A stretch of DNA of 64,000 nucleotides from Corallococcus sp. AB038B. GTDB lineage: Bacteria > Myxococcota > Myxococcia > Myxococcales > Myxococcaceae. Below the pieces are notes generated by a model. That model was given only the letters and a program-made list of their open reading frames with translations. It was not told the DNA's origin and made no database searches. Shown here in pieces: positions 19,082-28,089 of the stretch. Each line of letters starts with the position of its first letter. Position 1 is the stretch's first letter. Made by a program: the position numbers and the translations under genes. The stretch covers positions 599,605 through 663,604 of the forward strand of contig NZ_RAWO01000002.1 in assembly GCF_003668955.1 (NCBI RefSeq), given 5' to 3'.

Positions 19082-21697
19082 GTGGAATTGAGAACGATGG
19101 ACTCGACTGAGTACGGTGGATCGCGCACCAACGCGGTGAAGGGGTTTGCCGGTCGGATGGGCGCGCGCGCGTGCCTGACCCTGGTGGTTTGCGCCCTGTC
19201 CCTCTTCGCGGTGGAGACGGCCCAGGCCCAGGAGGCCCAGGAGCCCGCCCCCAAGACGCGGACCAAGGCCACACGCAAGCGCGCGGCCACCACGCCGGGC
19301 GCCAAGGCCGCCACGCCGGGTGCCAAGGCCGCCACGCCCGGCGCGAAGCCTCCGCGCACGGCGAAGACGCGCCGGGGCGCGAAGGCCCAGCCCCCGCCGA
19401 CGGACGTGGAGCCCATTCCCACGGACGAGCCCGCCGCGCAGCCGCCGGCGCTCGCCACCGAGCCGCCGCCCGCGCCGCTCGCCCCCGTGGCCGGCCCGGG
19501 CCCGTCCGTTTCGGATCCGCTGCCCGTGGCCTCGCCGTCGCCGTATGACGGGCCGCTGACTTCGGACATCCCGTCCAACCCGCCGCCCGCGCCCGCGCTG
19601 GGTGCCGGCGCGATGCTGCCGTCGTCGCAGCCGCGCACGGCGGACAACGTCCCGGACCGCGCGCCCTTCACGGAGCCCACCTCCGACCGCGCGCTGCCGC
19701 CGCCCTCCAGCCTCTCCGGCCTGGACGGCCCGGACCTGGGCGGTGGCGACGACCTGGAGCAGAACATCAACAGGGCGCTGAGCGAGGCCGTCGTCACCAC
19801 GGCGTCCAAGCGCAGCCAGCGCATCTCCGACGTGCCCCTCACGGTGTCGTGGATCCCCGCGGAGGAGCTGGAAGGCACCGGCCAGTTCTCGCTCTGCGAG
19901 GCCATCCAGTACTTCCCCGGCATGGAGTGCCGCCGGGGCTCCATGCGCAAGGCGGCGGTGAGCGCGCGCGGCCTGGGCTCCAACTACCTGTCCAACCGCC
20001 TGCTGCTCCTCAAGGACGGCCGTCCGCTGACGGACCCCTGGACGGGCCAGTTCTACGCGGATGAGACGACGCCGCTCACCAACCTGAAGCAGGTGGAAGT
20101 CATCCGCGGCCCGGGCTCGTCGCTCTACGGCTCCAACGCCTTCAGCGGCGTCATCAACATCATCGAGCGCCAGCCCGCGGACCTCATCGCCAAGGGCCAG
20201 AACGTGGGCGCCGACGCGCGCATCCTCGCGGGCCAGGACAAGACCTGGCGCCTGCAGACCAACGTCGCCGGCCGCGGCGGTCCGGTGGAGGCGCTGCTCG
20301 GCTACTACGGCTTCGGCTCGGACGGCCCGCAGCTCTTCAACAACCCGCAGCTGAACCAGACGGACACCAACGAGGACTCGCTGGTCCATCAGGTGAACGG
20401 CAAGGTCCGCGTGGGCCCCCTCGCGCTGGACGCGGACTTCACGGACGGCAACATCGGCCGGCCCGGCGGTCAGAACATCTCCACCGTGGGCAACTGCGGC
20501 CGCTGCCACTACACCGCGCAGGACAACGAGCACGTCCAGAACCTGAACGCCGCCCTGCAGTTGGATCAGCAGGTGACGGACCACGTGCGCGTGTTCGCCC
20601 AGGCCTACGCCTTCTTCAAGCGCCGCAACGTGACGCTGGAGAACGAGGTCACCGGCGCCCTGGAGGACACGCTGGGCAAGCGCAGCCGCCTGGGCGGTGA
20701 GGCTCGCGCGCTGTTCTCCCTGGACAAGCTCTCCGTCACCGTCGGCGGCGACGTGAAGGCCGACCAGGTGAACAACCAGAACATCCTGCCCGGCCTGACC
20801 CTGGACGACACGAAGCAGACCATCCTGGGCGGCTTCGTGGACGCGGAGTACCGCATCACGGACCGGCTGGTGGTGGGTGCGGGTGCTCGCTACGACAACT
20901 ACCAGATCCCCGCCAAGGTCTGGGAGGCGAAGACGGATCAGGTGTCCCCGCGCGCCAGCGTCGTGTTCCACGCCATCCCGGAGTTGCTCACGCTGCGCAC
21001 CAACTACGGCCGCGCCTTCCGCGCGCCCACGATGGCGGAGTTGGCCATCAACCAGCAGATGTACGCCGCGACGCTGTTGGGCAACCCGTCCCTGCGCGCG
21101 GAGACGCTGGACACGGTGGAGGCGGCGGTGGACTTCTGGCCGCTGGACCGCAGGGTGCGCCTGACGGGCACGGGCTTCTACAACCGCGCCCGCAACTTCA
21201 TCAATCAGGAGCTCCTCTTCGGCTCCACGTCCCAGTTCAAGAACCTGGGCGACGCGCGCGTGGCGGGCTTCGAGGCGGAAGCGGCGGCGCAGGTGCCGTC
21301 CCTCAACTCGTCCTTCGACGTGGCCTACCAGTTCCTGGACGCCCAGGCGCTGCCCGTGGGCGGCGGATCCAGCTACCCACTGGACTACGCGCCCACCCAC
21401 CGCGTCTACCTGCGCGGCCGCACCAACATCGGCAAGTTCGCCTTCGTGGAGCTCTACGGCCTGTTCGTGGGCGCCCGGTATGATCCGGGCTTCGTGGTGG
21501 ACGAGAACGCCGGCACCACCACCCGCGTGAAGCTGCCCAGCTACATCACCGCGACCGCGCGCGTGGGCTTCAACGTCCACGAGCGCGTGGCGGTGTCACT
21601 GCTGGGCACAAACCTCTTCAACGCGAAGTACGAGGAGTCCCACGGCTTCCCCGCACCGCCGCTGGGCGTCTTCACAGAAGTTCGACTCCATTATTAG
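19082..21697 (+). CDS. TonB-dependent outer-membrane receptor with a ~250-aa Pro/Ala-rich repetitive N-terminal extension
   Basis: Plug-domain motif VEVIRGPGSSLYGSNAFSGVINI and a long β-barrel. Signal peptide MGARACLTLVVCALSLFAVETAQA (alternative start at 19157). Confidence 0.85.
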   Translation: MELRTMDSTEYGGSRTNAVKGFAGRMGARACLTLVVCALSLFAVETAQAQEAQEPAPKTRTKATRKRAATTPGAKAATPGAKAATPGAKPPRTAKTRRGAKAQPPPTDVEPIPTDEPAAQPPALATEPPPAPLAPVAGPGPSVSDPLPVASPSPYDGPLTSDIPSNPPPAPALGAGAMLPSSQPRTADNVPDRAPFTEPTSDRALPPPSSLSGLDGPDLGGGDDLEQNINRALSEAVVTTASKRSQRISDVPLTVSWIPAEELEGTGQFSLCEAIQYFPGMECRRGSMRKAAVSARGLGSNYLSNRLLLLKDGRPLTDPWTGQFYADETTPLTNLKQVEVIRGPGSSLYGSNAFSGVINIIERQPADLIAKGQNVGADARILAGQDKTWRLQTNVAGRGGPVEALLGYYGFGSDGPQLFNNPQLNQTDTNEDSLVHQVNGKVRVGPLALDADFTDGNIGRPGGQNISTVGNCGRCHYTAQDNEHVQNLNAALQLDQQVTDHVRVFAQAYAFFKRRNVTLENEVTGALEDTLGKRSRLGGEARALFSLDKLSVTVGGDVKADQVNNQNILPGLTLDDTKQTILGGFVDAEYRITDRLVVGAGARYDNYQIPAKVWEAKTDQVSPRASVVFHAIPELLTLRTNYGRAFRAPTMAELAINQQMYAATLLGNPSLRAETLDTVEAAVDFWPLDRRVRLTGTGFYNRARNFINQELLFGSTSQFKNLGDARVAGFEAEAAAQVPSLNSSFDVAYQFLDAQALPVGGGSSYPLDYAPTHRVYLRGRTNIGKFAFVELYGLFVGARYDPGFVVDENAGTTTRVKLPSYITATARVGFNVHERVAVSLLGTNLFNAKYEESHGFPAPPLGVFTEVRLHY
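19286..19348 (+). repeat. 3 × 21-nt in-frame tandem repeat encoding (A)ATPGAK in the receptor N-extension
   Basis: gccacSccgggYgccaaggcc ×3, translating to ATTPGAKAATPGAKAATPGAKPP. Confidence 0.8.
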
Positions 21698-21705
21698 GGC
21701 GCTGT

Positions 21706-22548
21706 TTGGATACCGTCGCCGCCGTGAAGGATGCTCCCCTGAAGTTGACGCCGGACACGACGCTCACGCCGGAGGCACTGGAGAAGGCCTCCGGAGTGCT
21801 GGCCCGGGACGGCCTGTTGTTGGGGCGCGGTGACGACGCGGCGCCGCAGCTGGTGCTGTTCGACGGGCGGTTCACTCCCGCCCACGCCGCGCTCCTGGAA
21901 CGCCGTCCCCCGGCGCTGCTGCTGGCCACCCGCGAGGGCGGCCAGCCGTCCGCCTGGGAGGCTCGGCTGTTGAGCGCGCTCCTGCGCGGCGAGCCCATGA
22001 TCCCCCAGGAAGCCGCCACGTCCGTGGCGTGGCTGGGCAGCGTGGCGGAGGTGACGGCCGTGGGCGAGCGCGCGGCCGAGGCCGTCCTCCAGGCTGGCGG
22101 CTCCAAGGGCGCGGCCAGCCGGGTGGCGGATGTCGTCCATGAGATTGGCGTGAACGCGCTGCTCGACGCGCCAGTGGACGGAAGCGGCGAGCCGAAGTAC
22201 GCCCACCGGCGCGGTCAGGTGCAGTCGGTGGCGGATGAAGACCGCTGCCTGGTGTCGTGGGCGGTGGCGGACGGCCGGGCGTGGCTGGAGGCGACGGATC
22301 GCTTCGGCCGCCTGTCGGTGTCACCGCTGGTGCGAGTGATGAAGGCCTGGGGTGAGAAGGCGCAGGTAGATGCTTCGGGTGGTGGCGCGGGCCTGGGTCT
22401 GCGGCGCATCCTGGAGCACAGCGACGCGGTGGCGGTGCGGGTGACTCCGGGAAAGCGCACACAGTTCGCCTGTGGAGTGGACCTGGGCGACGCTCGCCGC
22501 CGGGCCGCGCAGCCCAAGTCGCTGCTGTTCAGTCTGGAACGAGGGTAG
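21706..22548 (+). CDS. GHKL-type ATPase, anti-sigma-factor (RsbW/SpoIIAB)-like, with an uncharacterised N-domain
   Basis: C-terminal N-box HEIGVNALLDA, G1-like DGSGEP and G2 box GGGAGLGL. TTG/GTG start; the exact start is uncertain. Confidence 0.55.
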   Translation: MDTVAAVKDAPLKLTPDTTLTPEALEKASGVLARDGLLLGRGDDAAPQLVLFDGRFTPAHAALLERRPPALLLATREGGQPSAWEARLLSALLRGEPMIPQEAATSVAWLGSVAEVTAVGERAAEAVLQAGGSKGAASRVADVVHEIGVNALLDAPVDGSGEPKYAHRRGQVQSVADEDRCLVSWAVADGRAWLEATDRFGRLSVSPLVRVMKAWGEKAQVDASGGGAGLGLRRILEHSDAVAVRVTPGKRTQFACGVDLGDARRRAAQPKSLLFSLERG

Positions 22549-22552
22549 GCGG

Positions 22553-25500
22553 GTGGAGAGCCAAACTTCCAATGCCAGCATCACCTCCCTGCGCGTGGGC
22601 AGTCTGACCCACGTGCGCGTGGCCGGGGTGATCGACGAAACCTTCCCCCTCACGCCAGCGTCCAAGGGCATCCAGGGCCTGGTGGTGGTGGACCTGGGCC
22701 TGGTGGAGCGGATCAGCTCCTTCGGCGTGCGCCGGTGGATCGAGTTCGCCGGCCACCCGCCGCAGGGCGTGTCGGGGCTGTACGTCGTCAACGCGCCGCC
22801 GGTGGTGGTGGATCAGCTCAACATGGTGGAGGGCTTCGCGGGCGTCGCGCGCGTGCTCTCGCTGTTGGCGCCGTACACGTGCCGCTTCTGCAAGGAGGAC
22901 CGGCTGCGGCTGGTCCGCCTGGTGGAGGAGGCGAAGGTGCTGGAGCAGGGCGGGGCCCCGCCGCACCAGTGCCCGGTATGCTCCCAGCCGCTGGAGTTCG
23001 CGGACGAGCCCACGGAGTTCTTCGACTTCGCGCGCCGCCAGCAGTTCTCCGCGGTGGATCCCGCGGTGCTGCGCTACCTGCGCTCCGGCATCCCATCGGA
23101 GCCGTCCGAGCTCTCGTCGCACCTGAAGATCGTCCAGGACGACATCACCTTCATCACCCTGGCCAGTACGCTCAAGGGCGACCTCAACGTGCGCCGGCTG
23201 GCGTCCGGCCTGGAGGGGCGCGTCGCATTCGACTGCTGCCACGTGAGCGTGGTGGAGCAGGAAGCGCTGCCGCGCATCGAACAGGTGCTGGAGGTGGCCG
23301 CGCAGGGCGCCCAGGTGGTGCTGTGCCGCGTGCCGCCGCCGCTGCTGGCCGTGCTGGCGAAGTCCACCAAGACGCTGCCCGCGAAGCTGGCCACGCTGTG
23401 GCTGCCGTGCGACTGCCGCAACTGCGGCCAGGTCACCCACCAGCGCATCCAGACCTCCGAGTACCTGGAGGTGCTGCGCGCCAAGGGCACCATGGAGCGC
23501 GTGTGCCCCGTCTGCGGCGGCAACGCCCGGGCCCCGGCGCTCGCGCAGTTCCAGGGGCTGCTCGCGCGCACGCCGCTCACGGACAAGCCGCTGGAGGACA
23601 TCGAGGCGCTGGAGCAGCGCGCGCTCAGCCAGTACCTCTTCGGCTCCACCAACACGGACCCCAGCGCCCGGGGCTCGTCAGCCACGGACACGCACACCAG
23701 CGGCGCGCGGCTGCAGATCATCCGCCGGCTGGGGCAGGGCGGCATGGCGGAAGTGTTTCTCGCCAAGCAGCAGGGCGTGAAGGGCTTCGAGAAGTTCGTG
23801 GTGATGAAGAAGATTCTCGCGCAGTTCGCTGAGAATCCTGAGTTCGTCGACATGCTCTTCGCGGAGGCCCGCGCCAACGCGCGCCTCACGCACCCCAACG
23901 TCGTGCAGACCTTCGACGTGGGCGTGACGGACGGCGTGGCGTACATCCTGATGGAGTACGTGCGCGGCCCGGACCTGAAGCGCCTGCTCACGGAGCTGCG
24001 CCGCAAGGGCATGGCGCTGCCGCTGGAGCACGCGCTGCGCATCGTGGCGGAGGTCGCCGCGGGCCTGCACTACGCGCACAGCTACGTGGATCCGTCTGGC
24101 ACGGCGCACCCGGTGGTGCACCGCGACGTCAGCCCCCACAACGTGCTGGTGTCGCTGGACGGCGCCATCAAGCTGTCGGACTTCGGCATCGCCAAGGTGC
24201 AGGGCGAGGAGCACACGCAGGCGGGCGTCATCAAGGGGAAGATTTCGTACCTCTCCCCGGAGGCCGCCAGCGGCCGCCCGCTGGACTGGCGCAACGACGT
24301 GTTCGCGCTGGGCGTGGTGCTCTTCGAACTGCTCACCGGCCAGCTGCCGTTCCGCCGGGACCATGACGCGGCCACGCTCGCGGCCATCGTGCGCGAGCCC
24401 GCGCCGGTGCCCTCGCAGCTGCGGCCCCACATCCCGCAGGACGTGTCGGACCTCATCCTGCGCGCGCTGGTGAAGGACCCGGCGCGGCGCACGCCCTCCG
24501 CGGCGGCGATGCGCGAGGAGATTGAAGCCGTCATCGCGCACCACCGGCTGTCCTCGTCGCCCGCGTCGGTGGCGCAGTTCTTCAAGGAGACGCTGGGCGA
24601 CCGGCTCTCCGAGTACGCGCCGTCGTCCATCGCCGGCCCGGGGACGGGCTCCAACCCCCGGGCGCTGATGCCGGGCACGGGCTCGCACTCGCGCAACCTG
24701 GGTACGGGCTCGGGCAGCGACATGCGGGCCCCCTCGGACCTGTCCCGTCCGCCCGTGCGCGGCGGTTCCGGCAGCATGCCCCGGATGGAGCCGCCCCCGG
24801 TGGCCTCCCCGCCGGAGCCCGCCGAGCGCGGCACCGAGGTCGTCTCCGTCAACGGGCCGCCCGTGGCCTCCGCGCCTCCGGTGGCACCGCCCGTGGCCGC
24901 CGCGCCCCGCCCGTCGCGCCCGGCCGCGCCTCCTCCCACGTCGCCGATGCCGCCGCCCACCGCGGTGCGCCCCGCGGCGTCCGCCAACGTGCCCACGCGC
25001 GTGGGGCCTCCTCCGCAGGCGCCCGCGCGTCCGTCGGTGGCGGTGCCCTCCGTCGCCCCCCTGACCGCGGCTCCGCAGCCGCACCCCGTGGCAGCGCCCC
25101 CGTCGCATGGGGGCACCCACGCGCAATACGGGGCCGCCCACGCGCAGCAGGGAAGCGCCCCGCAGCCGCCGCTGGGGCACCATGCGCCGCCGCCGACCGG
25201 CTCCCACGCGGCCTATGGGGGACACCCCCCCTCGCCCGTGGCCGTGCCGCCGCCGCACGTGGCTGCCCCGCATGCTCCGCCGGTGTCCGCTCCCGTGGCT
25301 CCGCCCGCGCGGCCTCCGGCGGCTCACGTGGCCGCGCCGCCGGCCCCCGTCCACGCGGTCTCCCCCACGGCTCCGGCGCCCACCGCCGAAGCGACGGGGA
25401 AGGGGATGACGCCCGGTCAGCGCAAGGGGCTCATCGTGGGCGGCGTGGGCCTGGTGCTCGCGGGGCTCGCGTTGGTGTTCCTGCTGCCCAAGGGTGGCGT

Positions 25501-25903
25501 GGAGGTGCGCAACGCCCAGGAGGGCGAGCGCGTCTACGTGTCCGGCGTCCTGCTGGATGCGAGCCAGGGCCTGCCCGAAGGCAACACCGGCTGGCTCATC
25601 TCCACGGCCGTGGACGGCAAGCTGCACCGCTTCGGCAAGGTGCCGAAGTCGGAGCACATCGACCTGCGCACGCTCGCGGACGCCCCGCCCCAGGCGGAGG
25701 CCCGGGGCATACTCAGCATCACCGGTGCCCAGGGCTGCCGCGTGGCGCTGGGCTCGCAGGTGCTGGAGGGCCAGACGCCCCTGTCCAACCAGATGCCCGC
25801 GGGGCGCGAGTTCGAGGTGCGCGTCACCTGCGGCGGCAAGCCGGACGTCGTCCGCTGGGTGATGGCCGTCCCGGGGCAGGGCGTCGTGCTGGACGTGCCC
25901 TGA
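22553..25903 (+). CDS. Hanks-type Ser/Thr protein kinase: N-terminal 2×(STAS-like + Cys4 Zn-ribbon), kinase domain, Pro/Ala-rich linker, TM helix, C-terminal PEGA domain
   Basis: GTG at 22553 lies 4 nt after the upstream stop; the ORF is open from 22472 but that part overlaps the upstream gene. Kinase motifs: GQGGMAEVFLAK, VVMKK, HRDVSPHNVL, DFGIAK, SPE. Zn-ribbons: CRFC…CPVC and CDCRNC…CPVCGG. TM helix GLIVGGVGLVLAGLALVFLL. Confidence 0.85.
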   Translation: MESQTSNASITSLRVGSLTHVRVAGVIDETFPLTPASKGIQGLVVVDLGLVERISSFGVRRWIEFAGHPPQGVSGLYVVNAPPVVVDQLNMVEGFAGVARVLSLLAPYTCRFCKEDRLRLVRLVEEAKVLEQGGAPPHQCPVCSQPLEFADEPTEFFDFARRQQFSAVDPAVLRYLRSGIPSEPSELSSHLKIVQDDITFITLASTLKGDLNVRRLASGLEGRVAFDCCHVSVVEQEALPRIEQVLEVAAQGAQVVLCRVPPPLLAVLAKSTKTLPAKLATLWLPCDCRNCGQVTHQRIQTSEYLEVLRAKGTMERVCPVCGGNARAPALAQFQGLLARTPLTDKPLEDIEALEQRALSQYLFGSTNTDPSARGSSATDTHTSGARLQIIRRLGQGGMAEVFLAKQQGVKGFEKFVVMKKILAQFAENPEFVDMLFAEARANARLTHPNVVQTFDVGVTDGVAYILMEYVRGPDLKRLLTELRRKGMALPLEHALRIVAEVAAGLHYAHSYVDPSGTAHPVVHRDVSPHNVLVSLDGAIKLSDFGIAKVQGEEHTQAGVIKGKISYLSPEAASGRPLDWRNDVFALGVVLFELLTGQLPFRRDHDAATLAAIVREPAPVPSQLRPHIPQDVSDLILRALVKDPARRTPSAAAMREEIEAVIAHHRLSSSPASVAQFFKETLGDRLSEYAPSSIAGPGTGSNPRALMPGTGSHSRNLGTGSGSDMRAPSDLSRPPVRGGSGSMPRMEPPPVASPPEPAERGTEVVSVNGPPVASAPPVAPPVAAAPRPSRPAAPPPTSPMPPPTAVRPAASANVPTRVGPPPQAPARPSVAVPSVAPLTAAPQPHPVAAPPSHGGTHAQYGAAHAQQGSAPQPPLGHHAPPPTGSHAAYGGHPPSPVAVPPPHVAAPHAPPVSAPVAPPARPPAAHVAAPPAPVHAVSPTAPAPTAEATGKGMTPGQRKGLIVGGVGLVLAGLALVFLLPKGGVEVRNAQEGERVYVSGVLLDASQGLPEGNTGWLISTAVDGKLHRFGKVPKSEHIDLRTLADAPPQAEARGILSITGAQGCRVALGSQVLEGQTPLSNQMPAGREFEVRVTCGGKPDVVRWVMAVPGQGVVLDVP

Positions 25904-25976
25904 GCCGGACGGAATGTCCCGTGCCGGAGGACACCGCTGACAAAGCGGCCCTCCGGTCGGTGAGGCCGTGCGGGGC

Positions 25977-26369
25977 CTACAGTTTCTTCAGCAGGAAGGC
26001 CCGGTACTGGCCGTAGCCCGGCAGGTCCTCGCCGAGGGAGCCGTCCACCTTCGCGCGCAGCGTGAGCGTGCCGTCCATCAGGTCCAGCGTGAAGCCCGGC
26101 GCGTCCTTGTGGACGATGTGCAACGTCTGGATGCCTTCCCGGACGGCCTGCTTTCCGATGGCGTCGCTGCAGACGGACTTCATGTCGTCGATGAGCCGGT
26201 CGAAGACGCCGTTGGAGAGCATCTGGATGGCGGCCACGGTGGTGAAGCTCGCCTCGTCCAGCGTCACCTGGATGTCCGCGCCCGCCGCGGCCTCCTTCAG
26301 CTCCGCCACCTTCGAGGCGAAGGTGTCGTTCTTGAACGCGGCCAGTTCCGACCGTTCGGCGAGACCCAT
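25977..26369 (-). CDS. SCP2 (sterol-carrier-protein-2)-fold lipid-binding protein
   Basis: 130 aa with an SCP2-like pattern (…FTLDLMDGTLTLRAKVDG…). The assignment is tentative. Confidence 0.6.
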   Translation of the reverse strand: MGLAERSELAAFKNDTFASKVAELKEAAAGADIQVTLDEASFTTVAAIQMLSNGVFDRLIDDMKSVCSDAIGKQAVREGIQTLHIVHKDAPGFTLDLMDGTLTLRAKVDGSLGEDLPGYGQYRAFLLKKL

Positions 26370-26456
26370 GGTGTTCGTGCTCCGTGCTGTGTCCGGGCGG
26401 GAATGCCTGAAAGCAGGCGGAAACCTCGTGGACAGGCCGCCCGTGTGTCAACGCCC

Positions 26457-26762
26457 TCAGTCGTGGGTGCCCACATGCAGGTCGCCGTGGCGCGTGCAGA
26501 CCCAGTGGAAGGCGCAGGAGCACGCCACCGCACGGGCGTGCGTGCAGCACCGGCCCCCGAAGTCCTCCGGGAGGACTTCGCGCTCGGGAGGTGGCGGGTC
26601 GGGCAGCTCCTTGGGGGCGCCCCGCCCGGAGTCCGCGGGCACGCTGCCGCAGCAGCCGCGCACGAGGCATTCGGGACACAGGGACAATTCGCAGTGCGCG
26701 CACCAGTCGAACACCTCTCCGGCGGTGCCACGGCGCTCACAACCTCCACAGGCGTCGAACAT
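26457..26762 (-). CDS. Small Cys-rich (putative zinc-binding) protein
   Basis: 101 aa containing CGGC…CAHC…CPEC…CCG and further Cys/His. High GC3. Possibly only a spurious ORF. Confidence 0.4.
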   Translation of the reverse strand: MFDACGGCERRGTAGEVFDWCAHCELSLCPECLVRGCCGSVPADSGRGAPKELPDPPPPEREVLPEDFGGRCCTHARAVACSCAFHWVCTRHGDLHVGTHD

Positions 26763-27004
26763 GGGCAGCCTCCTTGCTCACCTGCGAGGAAGGTAGAGGA
26801 GGGGTCCGACATCACGGGTCGTGCGGAAACGTCTGGCGCTCCGGGAGGAGGGAAGCGACGGCTGGCCGACGCTCGCGCCGCGCACCTTCCACGGGTGGAC
26901 GGGAATCAGGACGCACGCCGGTCCGTGAGCCCTTGCGGCGTTGGCCGGGGATTCGCATGGAACAGGGGCTCACGTAGTTCCAGTTTTTCGGGGAGGACGC
27001 AGTC

Positions 27005-27535
27005 ATGCGCAGACACCGCCGCATCATCGGAGTGTTCGGCTCCGGGGCGCACTCTCACGAGGAGTGGGTCGTCCCCCTGGCGCGGTGGATTGCGGAGGCC
27101 GGGTTCGACCTGCTCACCGGCGCGGGCGGCGGCGTCATGAGCGCGGCGGCGGGGGCCTTCGTCCAGGTGGAGGGGCGGCGGGGGGCGGCCATCGGCATCA
27201 TCCCCGGCACCGTGGGCGCGGACGGCCGTTACCAGCCCCGGGCCGGCTACCCGAACACGGACATCGAAATCCCCATCTACACCCACCTGCCGCTCAGCGG
27301 GGAGCAGGGCACGGACCCCATGAGCCGCAACCACATCAACGTGCTGACGCCGCATGCCCTGGTCGCGCTGCCCGGGGGCGCCGGCACCGCGGCGGAGGCC
27401 GTCCTGGCCTTGCGCTATGGCAAGCCGCTCATCCTGCACGGGCCACCGGAGCTGTTCCGGCGCTTCCCGGCGGAGGCCGAGCGCACCACCTCCCTGGAGC
27501 GGGTGGCCGAGTTCCTCCTGGCCGCCACCCGCTAG
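27005..27535 (+). CDS. LOG/SLOG-superfamily Rossmann protein (TIGR00725-like)
   Basis: GVFGSG…TGAGGGVM…LPGGAGTAAEAV is the LOG-family PGGxGTxxE signature. Confidence 0.75.
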   Translation: MRRHRRIIGVFGSGAHSHEEWVVPLARWIAEAGFDLLTGAGGGVMSAAAGAFVQVEGRRGAAIGIIPGTVGADGRYQPRAGYPNTDIEIPIYTHLPLSGEQGTDPMSRNHINVLTPHALVALPGGAGTAAEAVLALRYGKPLILHGPPELFRRFPAEAERTTSLERVAEFLLAATR

Positions 27536-27669
27536 GCGGCAGGCGGGCTCAAGCAGGGCCTTGGTGGAGGGGAAGCCGCCCCACGGGGTGGCAAAAGATT
27601 CTAGGATGGACGTCGTGGGGAGGGGCGTGCGCCGCGGGTGCACGTCCGTCACCCATCACGTCCGCCATC

Positions 27670-28071
27670 ATGATCAACCCCGACTATCCGCTGGCCAGCT
27701 GGTTCCTCGCGGTCTCCACCTCGGTCTTCCTGGTCGTCTACGCATTGCCGTTGCTGTTCATCCCGCTGCGCTGGGCGCGTTGGTTCGGGTGGGAACTGCC
27801 CACGGGCAACAACGATTTGACGGTCTACTTCGCGCGTTGCCTGGGCGGCCTGGCGCTGTCCGTCATCATCGCGGTGGTGCAGTTCATCCCGGACCCCAAG
27901 AGCCACCTGGTCATCTTCGAGCTCATCGGCCTCATTGGTGGCCTGATGACGGCGGTGCACGTCTGGGGCGCGGTGCGCAAGCAGCAGCCCTGGCCGGAGA
28001 CGGCGGAAATCCCCCTCTACGGCGCCATGTGCCTGGGCGCCCTGTACCTGCGCTTCGCCAACCTGTCCTGA
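27670..28071 (+). CDS. Small 4-TM membrane protein
   Basis: 133 aa and four hydrophobic helices. Only the tail of track ORF 26941..28071 is coding; its upstream part overlaps the LOG gene in another frame. The cyclase gene follows after 18 nt. Confidence 0.55.
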   Translation: MINPDYPLASWFLAVSTSVFLVVYALPLLFIPLRWARWFGWELPTGNNDLTVYFARCLGGLALSVIIAVVQFIPDPKSHLVIFELIGLIGGLMTAVHVWGAVRKQQPWPETAEIPLYGAMCLGALYLRFANLS

Positions 28072-28089
28072 GCGGAAAGCCCCTTAAGG

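Noticed and set aside
22472-22552. Upstream ATG of the kinase ORF at 22472
   Set aside because: It overlaps the preceding GHKL-ATPase gene by 77 nt in another frame. The GTG at 22553, 4 nt after that gene's stop, gives a coupled and more plausible start.
26941-28071. Single 376-aa ORF spanning the LOG-like gene region
   Set aside because: Its 5' two-thirds overlap the LOG-family gene (27005-27535) in a different frame and are Arg/Gly-rich nonsense. Only the tail from the ATG at 27670 (a hydrophobic 4-TM protein) is plausible.
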